Origin: Minisyncoccota bacterium
GTDB taxonomy: Bacteria > Patescibacteriota > Minisyncoccia > Phycocordibacterales > Phycocordibacteraceae
Direction: 5' to 3'
Length of the DNA: 39,282 nucleotides
Assembly: GCA_036384675.1 (NCBI GenBank)
Contig: DASVLW010000015.1
Coordinates: 1-39,282, forward strand
Below the pieces are notes generated by a model, which was not told where the DNA came from, searched no databases, and saw only the letters and a list, made by a program, of their open reading frames with translations. Positions within the stretch are counted from its first letter, which is position 1; each line of letters begins with the position of its first letter. Both the position numbers and the translations under genes were made by a program. Positions 10,250-17,665 of this stretch are shown here, piece after piece.

Positions 10250-10543
10250 ATGGCCATCAGTGAAGATGTCAAGAAGCTCGCCGCGCTCGCGCGGCTCGAC
10301 ATACCGGACGATACGCTCGCCGCGTTTGCGGCCGAGTTCGACGGCATACTGAAATACGTCGGGCAGCTCGAGTCCCTGACGCTCGATACCGCTGGCGCGC
10401 CGTCCGCGGGCGCGCTGCGCAACGTGTTCCGCGAGGACGGCGCGCCGCACGAGAGCGGGAAATACACCGAGAAGCTCGCGGGCGCCTTCCCGCAGCGGGA
10501 AGGCGATGCGTTGTCCGTGAAGCAGATCATCTCGCACGACTAG
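10250..10543 (+). CDS. gatC: Asp/Glu-tRNA(Asn/Gln) amidotransferase subunit C
   Basis: About 97 aa. VKKLAALARLDIPDD...FDGILKYVGQLESL is typical GatC, and the gene lies directly upstream of gatA. GTG 10241 is an alternative start. Confidence 0.9.
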   Translation: MAISEDVKKLAALARLDIPDDTLAAFAAEFDGILKYVGQLESLTLDTAGAPSAGALRNVFREDGAPHESGKYTEKLAGAFPQREGDALSVKQIISHD

Positions 10544-10546
10544 CGT

Positions 10547-11992
10547 ATGGATACTAAGAAGCCGAACGAGCTTTCCATAACCGAAGCGGCGCGCGCGCTG
10601 CGCGCGAAGGAGTTCACCGTCCGCGAGCTGTGGGATGCCTGCGCCGCGGCGGCGCAGGAGCGCAACGGAGAATTGAACGCATACCTTGAGCTGTTCGCGG
10701 CGGACGATGCGGCGATAGACGCGGCGCAGAAGCGCATCGACGCGGAAGCGGCGGGAGGCGAAAAAGCGCCCGCGCTTTGCGGCATCCCGCTCGCGATGAA
10801 GGACAATATCCTGATAGATGGGCATATCGCGAGCGCCGCAAGCAGGATGCTCGCGAATTATGTCGCGTCGTACGACGCGACGGTGACGCGCAAGCTCAAA
10901 GAAGCCGGCGCTTTGTTCATCGGCCGCACTAACATGGACGAGTTCGCGATGGGCAGTTCCACCGAGCATTCAGCGTACGGCACGTCGAAGAACCCATACG
11001 ACGTTTCGCGCGTTCCGGGCGGTTCTTCGGGCGGTTCGGCGTCCGCGGCGAGCGGGCATCTGGCGCTCGGCGCGCTCGGCACCGACACGGGCGGCTCCAT
11101 CCGCCAGCCAGCCGCGCATACGGGGCTTGTCGGCATGAAGCCGACTTATGGCGCGGTCTCGCGCTCGGGCCTCATCGCGCTCGGCAGCAGCCTCGATCAG
11201 GCCGGGCCGCTCGCGAAATCCGTCGCCGACGCGAAAGCGATGTTCGAGACTATCCGCGGACAGGACCCGTTCGACGCCACGAGCATCCCCGCCGGACTGT
11301 ATCCCGCGCGCGCGGCTTCCGCGAAGCTGCGCATCGGCGTGCCGCACCATCTTATAGAGAAAGGAATTGATGACGACGTACGGGCGCATTTTAATGCGGT
11401 CCTGCAGAAACTTGAAAGCGAAGGGCACGCCATCGTCGATGTTTCGCTTCCGACGAGCTCCTACGCGCTGCCGGTCTATTACGTCATCATGCCGGCGGAA
11501 GCGTCCGCGAACCTCGCGCGGTTCGACGGCATCCGCTACGGTCTTGCCGAGCGCGGCGAATCGCTCCTGGCTGACTACCTGAAGAGCCGTACGGAAGGAT
11601 TCGGCCCCGAAACGCAGCGCCGCATCCTGCTCGGGACGTTCGTGCTTTCAAGCGGATATATCGACGCGTACTACCGCAAGGCGGACGCAGCGCGCCGCGT
11701 GCTCACGGCCGAATACGATGCGGCATTTGAAAGCTGCGACGTGATCGCGTTCCCGACGACGCCATCTCCGGCGTTCAAGTTCGGAGAGAAATCCGATCCT
11801 GTCTCCATGTATCTCGAAGATATCTTCACCGTCACGGCGAATCTCACCGGCATGCCGGCTATTTCCGTACCGATGGGCATGGTCGAGCGCGACGGCGTAT
11901 CGCTTCCGACCGGCATCCATTTCACCGCGCCCAAGGGCGCGGACGACATCCTGTTCACAGCCGGCGCGGCCGTCACCGGCGAGTCGCTGTAA
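10547..11992 (+). CDS. gatA: Asp/Glu-tRNA(Asn/Gln) amidotransferase subunit A
   Basis: 481 aa. Amidase signature GGSSGGSASAA and MKDNI motif. The length and order gatC-gatA fit. Confidence 0.96.
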   Translation: MDTKKPNELSITEAARALRAKEFTVRELWDACAAAAQERNGELNAYLELFAADDAAIDAAQKRIDAEAAGGEKAPALCGIPLAMKDNILIDGHIASAASRMLANYVASYDATVTRKLKEAGALFIGRTNMDEFAMGSSTEHSAYGTSKNPYDVSRVPGGSSGGSASAASGHLALGALGTDTGGSIRQPAAHTGLVGMKPTYGAVSRSGLIALGSSLDQAGPLAKSVADAKAMFETIRGQDPFDATSIPAGLYPARAASAKLRIGVPHHLIEKGIDDDVRAHFNAVLQKLESEGHAIVDVSLPTSSYALPVYYVIMPAEASANLARFDGIRYGLAERGESLLADYLKSRTEGFGPETQRRILLGTFVLSSGYIDAYYRKADAARRVLTAEYDAAFESCDVIAFPTTPSPAFKFGEKSDPVSMYLEDIFTVTANLTGMPAISVPMGMVERDGVSLPTGIHFTAPKGADDILFTAGAAVTGESL

Positions 11993-12013
11993 TCGGCAAG
12001 CTATAATGGCGGC

Positions 12014-12616
12014 ATGAACGACCTCGCCGTCTCGACCAGCTCGGTGGACCAGTCGCCGATCCACTTCCTCAACCTCGAATACTGGTTCCGGCTGCTCTAC
12101 GAACTCTTCTTCGGCGCGCATGTCACGGGGCTCGCGGCATGGTTCGCGGGCATTTGGACGTGGGTCACGTTCATCGGATATCTCGTCGCCATACTCGCCA
12201 TCGGCGTCATCACGTTCACCGTCATAGAGCTTTATAAATTGCGCGACCGCGAGAAGGCCGTGTACGGCCCTCTGCCCGAAATAGCCGATGACGACACCGC
12301 CGAGCACGCGCGCTGGCGCCACATCGAGTCCCTGATGGAAAGCCAGAACCCCAACGACTGGCGGCAGGCCATCATCGAGGCGGACATCTATCTGGGCGAC
12401 ATCCTCGCGCGCGAGGGATACCACGGCGACACCATCGGCGAGAAATTGAAGGGTATCGAAGCGTCGGACCTCGACGCGCTCAACGACGCGTGGGAAGCGC
12501 ACAAGGTGCGCAACGACATCGCGCATCAGGGTTCGGCATACCCGTTCTCCGAAAGCCTCGCCCGCCGCACCATCGCGCGATACGAGAACGTCTTCCGCGA
12601 ACTCCACGGGCTCTAG
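12014..12616 (+). CDS. Hypothetical membrane protein (two predicted TM helices plus a soluble C-terminal domain)
   Basis: The ORF has hydrophobic segments (AWFAGIWTWVTFIGYLVAILAIGVITF) and codon usage like its neighbours. No family was recognised. Confidence 0.7.
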   Translation: MNDLAVSTSSVDQSPIHFLNLEYWFRLLYELFFGAHVTGLAAWFAGIWTWVTFIGYLVAILAIGVITFTVIELYKLRDREKAVYGPLPEIADDDTAEHARWRHIESLMESQNPNDWRQAIIEADIYLGDILAREGYHGDTIGEKLKGIEASDLDALNDAWEAHKVRNDIAHQGSAYPFSESLARRTIARYENVFRELHGL

Positions 12617-12981
12617 CGGCTCCTCTTTTTCGCTCTTACGGACGTCCTGATTCGATGGCAGTTGGCACAGACCAGCTCGCATTTCTCGATTTCCTTCTTG
12701 ACCGTTTCGATGCTAAGCACGGATTGAGACCAGCTGCCGACATTGAATTTCTTCGTTCCACTGCCGGTGTGGTCGAAATCAAGGACGGAAGGGAAGTCCC
12801 TGCCCTTGAATCCGCAATCGGTGCACGTTCCGTTCCGCTTGTATTCCTCAAGAAATGCGGCAACGCGCCGCTTGTTTCGCTTAACGTACTCGAGATGCTT
12901 TTTCCGATTCTTCGGATACCACACCTCTTTCATGTATGCGGCATGGTACCGTTTCCGTTCATCGCGATCCTTGAGAGGCAT
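12613..12981 (-). CDS. Free-standing HNH endonuclease
   Basis: CTDCG...LDFDH...CELVCANCH motif set (HNH with Zn-coordinating Cys pairs) and a basic N-terminal half. GC is markedly lower than in flanking genes. Its 3' end overlaps the convergent gene by 4 nt. Confidence 0.85.
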   Translation of the reverse strand: MPLKDRDERKRYHAAYMKEVWYPKNRKKHLEYVKRNKRRVAAFLEEYKRNGTCTDCGFKGRDFPSVLDFDHTGSGTKKFNVGSWSQSVLSIETVKKEIEKCELVCANCHRIRTSVRAKKRSR

Positions 12982-13062
12982 GCAATTAGTATAGCATCAT
13001 GATATTCAGCATGATTATGAATCCATCGCATAAAATGCTTCACTCAGCGAATGGTCGCAATA

Positions 13063-13091
13063 TTGCAAAACCTCTTTCCAGAGAGTATTAT
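13063..13091 (+). promoter_or_regulatory. Sigma70-like promoter for the intron-containing tRNA gene
   Basis: TTGCAA (13063-13068), 17-nt spacer, TATTAT (13086-13091), about 30 nt upstream of the tRNA 5' end. Confidence 0.55.
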
Positions 13092-13121
13092 GGCCATAAG
13101 CTTCATGCGTGGAGCTATGAA

Positions 13122-13436
13122 AGCGGGGTAGAGGAGAGGTACCTCGGGAGGCTCATGTGAACAACGTGACCCTATCCGGCAACGGATAGCGGAAAACTCT
13201 CTAAATTGCTGGAACGCCGTGAGAGCTTCCTGTGCTACAGCGTGATCCGAAAGGATGGGCGCGAATGCGTGAAAAACAGGAAGATTCGGTAATCAGCAGC
13301 CAAGTCTCGATAATTCGGGGAAGGTTCAGAGACTATAATGGGAGAATCCCTCCGGGATTATGGGATAGTCCATTCCTGCTGGAAACAGCAGGTGCAAAAG
13401 AACCTCCAGACGCCGGTTCGATTCCGGCCCCCGCAA
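13122..13436 (+). tRNA. tRNA-Met(CAU), initiator-like, interrupted by a group I intron (exons 13122-13156 and 13401-13436, 71-nt mature tRNA)
   Basis: Manual cloverleaf. Acceptor agcgggg/ccccgca (1:72 A.A unpaired), U8 A9, D arm gagg-agaggta-cctc (A11:U24). Anticodon stem ggagg/cctcc with loop CUCAU|AA restored by joining the exons. Variable loop agac, T arm gccgg-ttcgatt-ccggc, discriminator A. CCA is not encoded. Confidence 0.85.
13157..13400 (+). ncRNA. Group I intron (244 nt, no ORF) in the tRNA anticodon loop after position 36
   Basis: - The 5' exon ends in U, and P1 can pair ggctcat with gtgaccc (U.G at the splice site).
- P2 is ctatccg-GCAA-cggatag.
- Conserved core elements are present: P aaattgctggaa (13203), Q aatcagcagcc (13291), R ggttcagagacta (13323) and S gatagtcc (13364).
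- P5 is cttcctgt/acaggaag.
- P9 is cctgctg-GAAA-cagcagg.
- The terminal nucleotide is G at 13400. Confidence 0.85.
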
Positions 13437-13510
13437 CAAGGTTGTGATAGTGAATGAGTACCGGTAGGCATCAGAATCTTGGTACTGTACCGATGCCCGT
13501 CAAATCGAGA

Positions 13511-13536
13511 AAAACCGCCAGGAGGGCGGTTTTTCT
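13511..13536 (+). terminator. Rho-independent terminator downstream of the tRNA gene
   Basis: aaaaccgcc-aggag-ggcggtttt hairpin followed by a T-run. Confidence 0.75.
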
Positions 13537-13622
13537 CATTACCTGAAAGGGGAGTGCTCGCCAAAGAACCCTTAAATACCTTGTATGGGTTAGGTACGGT
13601 ACCGACGCGGGCAACACGATAC

Positions 13623-13652
13623 GCAAATCACCGCCGCAGGGCGGTGATTTGC
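13623..13652 (+). other. Perfect 13-bp stem hairpin without a U-tract, upstream of cyoA
   Basis: gcaaatcaccgcc-gcag-ggcggtgatttgc read directly. Confidence 0.6.
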
Positions 13653-13702
13653 GCTATGGCAGCAGGCATTCGCCGCGATCGCGGTGGTAGACTGAAACGG
13701 TA

Positions 13703-14689
13703 ATGAATCGGAGATATCTGCTGCCATACATCGCGGTGCTCGCGCTTGCGGTCGCGACGGTCTGGTACCTGCACGGCGCGCATCTGCCGGTGCTCGAACC
13801 GGCGGGACCCGTCGCCGCCGCAGAATTGCGCGTCATGGTGATAACGACCCTGCTGTGCGCCATCGTCGTCATACCGGTCTTCGTCCTGCTGTTCTATTTC
13901 GCGTGGAAATACCGCGCGGGCAACACGGCGACGAACGTCGACCACCGCCCCGACTGGGATCACGACAACTGGATAGCCGAGACGCTCTGGTGGCTCGTGC
14001 CCGCGGCAATCATCGCATGCCTGGCCGTGCTCGCGTGGCGAAGCTCGTACGCGCTCGACCCGTACAAGCCGCTCGATTCAGACGCGCCCGCGCTGACCAT
14101 CCAGGTCGTCGCGCTCGACTGGAAATGGCTCTTCATCTATCCCGAGCAGGGGATAGCCAGCGTGAATCTGGTCGAATTCCCGGCGGATGTACCGGTGCGC
14201 TTTGAGCTTACCGCGGACGCGCCGATGAACTCGTTCTGGGTGCCGAGCCTCGGCGGGCAGATCATGGTGATGCCGGGCATGCAGACGCAGCTCAATCTCA
14301 TGGCGAGCCGCGTCGGCGACTACCAGGGCGCGTCGGCGAACATCAGCGGCGACGGCTTCGCGGGCATGGCGTTCACCGCGCGGGCGGTATCACAGGACGA
14401 TTTTAGTGCGTGGGTCGCGTCGGCGCAGGACTCCGCGCGCCCGCTCACGCTCGATGCGTACGGCGCGCTTGCCGCGCCGAGCTCGTATAATCCGGTCATG
14501 CTGTATTCATCGGCAGACACCGGCCTGTTCGGGACGATCATAAATCGCGTGATGATGCCCGAACAGGGGGAATTCCCGGCGGCGATGCCTGCCGGCGATA
14601 TGCCGGATATGAACGGGATGTCCGGCATGGACATGCGCGGGATGGATATGAGCATGCCGATGCATATGAACACGAATACCGCGCCATGA
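13703..14689 (+). CDS. cyoA: Cytochrome bo-type ubiquinol oxidase subunit II (CuA-less) with a Met-rich C-terminal tail
   Basis: Two N-terminal TM helices and a cupredoxin region NSFWVPSLGGQIMVMPGMQTQL...GASANISGDGFAGM. This matches the quinol-oxidase form, in which the CuA Cys/His ligands are replaced. Confidence 0.93.
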   Translation: MNRRYLLPYIAVLALAVATVWYLHGAHLPVLEPAGPVAAAELRVMVITTLLCAIVVIPVFVLLFYFAWKYRAGNTATNVDHRPDWDHDNWIAETLWWLVPAAIIACLAVLAWRSSYALDPYKPLDSDAPALTIQVVALDWKWLFIYPEQGIASVNLVEFPADVPVRFELTADAPMNSFWVPSLGGQIMVMPGMQTQLNLMASRVGDYQGASANISGDGFAGMAFTARAVSQDDFSAWVASAQDSARPLTLDAYGALAAPSSYNPVMLYSSADTGLFGTIINRVMMPEQGEFPAAMPAGDMPDMNGMSGMDMRGMDMSMPMHMNTNTAP

Positions 14690-16671
14690 GCTGGAACTTG
14701 CTTATATTCGGTGAGCTATCGTGGTCGGTGTTCCCGCAGAACCCTATCGCGCTCGGCGGCGCGGCGTTCATGGTCTGCTGCGCGCTCCTGGTACTTGCCG
14801 GCATTACATACCTCGGGCGCTGGAAATGGCTCTGGAGCGAATGGCTCACGTCGCTTGACCCGAAGCGCCTCGGCGTCATGTACATCGCGGTATCCGGCGT
14901 GATGCTCGTGCGCGGCGGCATCGACGCGCTCCTCATGCGCGCGCAGCAGGCGACATCCGTCGGCGCGTCGGACGGCATCCTCGCCGCGAATCATTTCCAG
15001 CAGATATTCTCGGCGCACGGGTCGATCATGATCTTCTTCGTCGCGATGGGGTTCATGTTCGGCATCATCAACCTCGTGCTGCCGCTCCAGATAGGGTCGC
15101 GCGATGTCGCGTTCCCGTTCCTGAACTCCCTCAGCTTCTGGCTCTTCGCCGCCGGCGCAGTGCTCATCAACCTCTCGCTCATCGTCGGCGACTTCTCGAC
15201 CGCCGGGTGGCTTTCGTATCCGCCCTTGTCCGAGCTCGCGTACAGCCCCACGACCGGCGTCGACTACTGGATATGGAGCCTGCAGATAGGCGGGCTCGGG
15301 AGCCTGCTCGCGGGGATAAATTTCCTCATCACCATCATAAAGATGCGCGCCGCCGGCATGACGCCCATGCGCATGCCGGTGTTCGTCTGGAGCGTCGCCG
15401 GGTCTATGTCGCTCGTCGTCTTTGCGTTTCCGATACTCACCGCGACTCTCGCGCTCTTGGCGCTCGACCGCACGCTCGGCATGCATTTCTTCACCGCGGG
15501 CGGCGGCGGGAACATGATGATGTACGTGAACCTGATATGGGCGTGGGGGCACCCGGAAGTGTACATACTCATCCTGCCGGCGTTCGGCATATTCTCGGAA
15601 GTCGTCCCGGCGTTCTCGGGCAAGAAGCTTGCGGGATATTTCTCGATGGTGCTGTCCATCTGGGCCATCGTGTTCCTCTCGTTCCTGGTCTGGCTGCACC
15701 ACTTCTTCACGATGGGCGCCGAGGCCGACGTGAATGCATTCTTCGGCATCATGACGGCGGTCATCGCGATACCGACGGGCGTCAAGATATTCAACTGGCT
15801 GTTCACGATGTACCGCGGCCGCATCCGCTTCTATACGCCGATGCTCTGGTTCATGGGCTTCGTCGTTCTCTTCACGCTCGGCGGCGTGGCGGGCGTCGTG
15901 CTCGCCGAGCCGCCGGCCGACTACCAGCTCCACAACAGCCTCTTCCTCGTCGCGCATTTCCACACCATGATCGTGAGCGGCGTCCTGTTCGGCTACTTCG
16001 CCGGCATCACCTACTGGTTCCCGAAGATATTCGGCTTCCGGCTCGACGAGAGCCTCGGACGCAAGGCGTTCTGGTGTTGGCTGTTCGGATTCATACTCGC
16101 GTTCGGCCCGCTCTACATATTGGGATTCATGGGGGCGACGCGCCGGCTCGACCACTATGCGGCCGGGCTCGGATGGCAGCCGCTATTCATCGTTGCCGGC
16201 GTCGGCGTGCTCATTATCGCGCTCGGATTCGCGTTCCAGGTCGCGCAGCTCGTGCGGAGCGTGCGGCAGCGCCGCATGAATATGGATACGACGGGCGATC
16301 CGTGGGATGGCCGGACGCTCGAGTGGTCGACGGCTTCGCCGCCGCCCGCGTACAACTTCGCGGTGCTGCCGGCCGTCCATTCGCTCGACGCGTTCTGGGC
16401 GGCGAAGCAGGAAGGCCTTTCTCCCGAAGCGCGCTATGAAGACATCCGCATGCCGAAGAACACGGGCGCCGGCATCGTCATCGCGGCGTTCGTATTCCTG
16501 TTTGGGTTCGGTATCGTCTGGCATATGTGGTGGCTCGCGATTCTCGGCATAGCCGGCGCGTTCATATGCGTACTCGTCCGGACATTCGCCGAGGACACGG
16601 AATACGTGCTGCCTGCGGCTGAAATCCGGAAGCAGGAAGAAGCCCGCGGCCGTCCGGTCGTAGCCGTATGA
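14686..16671 (+). CDS. cyoB: Cytochrome bo-type ubiquinol oxidase subunit I (heme-copper oxidase catalytic subunit)
   Basis: 661 aa. WAWGHPEVYILILPAFG, HHFFTMG and FLVAHFH motifs. ATGA overlap with cyoA. Confidence 0.97.
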   Translation: MSWNLLIFGELSWSVFPQNPIALGGAAFMVCCALLVLAGITYLGRWKWLWSEWLTSLDPKRLGVMYIAVSGVMLVRGGIDALLMRAQQATSVGASDGILAANHFQQIFSAHGSIMIFFVAMGFMFGIINLVLPLQIGSRDVAFPFLNSLSFWLFAAGAVLINLSLIVGDFSTAGWLSYPPLSELAYSPTTGVDYWIWSLQIGGLGSLLAGINFLITIIKMRAAGMTPMRMPVFVWSVAGSMSLVVFAFPILTATLALLALDRTLGMHFFTAGGGGNMMMYVNLIWAWGHPEVYILILPAFGIFSEVVPAFSGKKLAGYFSMVLSIWAIVFLSFLVWLHHFFTMGAEADVNAFFGIMTAVIAIPTGVKIFNWLFTMYRGRIRFYTPMLWFMGFVVLFTLGGVAGVVLAEPPADYQLHNSLFLVAHFHTMIVSGVLFGYFAGITYWFPKIFGFRLDESLGRKAFWCWLFGFILAFGPLYILGFMGATRRLDHYAAGLGWQPLFIVAGVGVLIIALGFAFQVAQLVRSVRQRRMNMDTTGDPWDGRTLEWSTASPPPAYNFAVLPAVHSLDAFWAAKQEGLSPEARYEDIRMPKNTGAGIVIAAFVFLFGFGIVWHMWWLAILGIAGAFICVLVRTFAEDTEYVLPAAEIRKQEEARGRPVVAV

Positions 16672-17285
16672 TGGATGAGCGCATGACAGTCTTGAACGAG
16701 CAGCAGGAAGCGGAGGAGAATGCCGCTGACGGCACCACGGTCTTCGGGCTGTGGGTGTATCTCATGACCGACCTCGTGCTGTTCGCGAGCCTGTTCGCGG
16801 CGTATGCCGTGCTGCATACCAGTACGTTCGGCGGGCCGTCGGGCCGCGACATCTTCGACCTGCCGCTCGTCCTTGCCGAAACCCTGCTGCTCCTGACCAG
16901 CAGCTTCACGTGCGGGCTCGCGCTCCTGGCCGCGCGCGCCGGCAGCGCGCGCGGCGCCGTCAATTGGCTCGGCGCCACGTTCCTGCTCGGCGCCGCATTC
17001 CTCGCCATCGAGTTCTCGGAATTCGCGCGGCTTGCGGGCGCCGGGAACGGCCCGCCGCGCAGCGCGTTCCTTTCTTCGTATTTCACGCTCGTTGGAACGC
17101 ACGGACTGCATATCGTCGCGGGGCTGCTCTGGATCGCCGCGCTCATATTCGCCGTCCTGCGCCGCGGGCTTTCACGCTCCTCCCTGCGCAAGCTCATGCT
17201 CTTCAGCATGTTCTGGCATTTCCTCGACCTCGTATGGATATTCATATTCACCGTCGTATATTTGATGGGAGCGAACCTGCTATGA
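16668..17285 (+). CDS. cyoC: Cytochrome bo-type ubiquinol oxidase subunit III
   Basis: 205 aa, five hydrophobic helices, FWHFLDLVWIFIF motif. ATGA overlap with cyoB. Confidence 0.93.
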   Translation: MMDERMTVLNEQQEAEENAADGTTVFGLWVYLMTDLVLFASLFAAYAVLHTSTFGGPSGRDIFDLPLVLAETLLLLTSSFTCGLALLAARAGSARGAVNWLGATFLLGAAFLAIEFSEFARLAGAGNGPPRSAFLSSYFTLVGTHGLHIVAGLLWIAALIFAVLRRGLSRSSLRKLMLFSMFWHFLDLVWIFIFTVVYLMGANLL

Positions 17286-17665
17286 ATACCGGCGATTATT
17301 TCGAAAACATCGGCGCATGGCCGCGGGGCACGGGCATTCGCGGGTATGCGTGGGGATTCGCCCTGTCGCTTCTGTTCACGCTTGCCGCGTATGTCCTCGC
17401 CGCGCACCACCTGCTCGCCCCGCGGCCGCTCGCCCTGCTGCTTGCGGCATTCGCGCTCGCGCAGGCGTTCGTGCAGCTTGCGTGCTTCCTTCATGTGGGG
17501 AAGAGCGCCGGCGCGCGGGAGCGGCTCTACATGCTCGGCAGCTTCGGGCTCGTCATCCTGATACTGATCGCGGGCTCGATATGGATCATGTTCAGCCTGA
17601 ACGCGCGCATGATGCCCGGCACGATGCAGATGGAACAATATATGCAGAGCCAGCAGGGGATATGA
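17282..17665 (+). CDS. cyoD: Cytochrome bo-type ubiquinol oxidase subunit IV
   Basis: 127 aa, three TM helices, in the expected position, ATGA overlaps on both sides. The longer ORF from 16751 overlaps cyoC and is rejected. Confidence 0.85.
   Translation: MNTGDYFENIGAWPRGTGIRGYAWGFALSLLFTLAAYVLAAHHLLAPRPLALLLAAFALAQAFVQLACFLHVGKSAGARERLYMLGSFGLVILILIAGSIWIMFSLNARMMPGTMQMEQYMQSQQGI

Noticed and set aside
11993-12013. Expectation of gatB immediately after gatC-gatA
   Set aside because: The next gene is an unrelated membrane protein. Split gatCA / gatB arrangements are common, so this is not noteworthy on its own.
13122-13436. tmRNA (ssrA) hypothesis, prompted by a tRNA-like T arm and acceptor 3' end about 315 nt downstream of a matching GCGGGG 5' strand
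   Set aside because: There is no G3:U70 alanine identity pair and no convincing tag reading frame ending in a hydrophobic tripeptide plus stop. The internal 244 nt carries the group I intron P/Q/R/S core. The two flanks join into a complete tRNA with a CAU anticodon.
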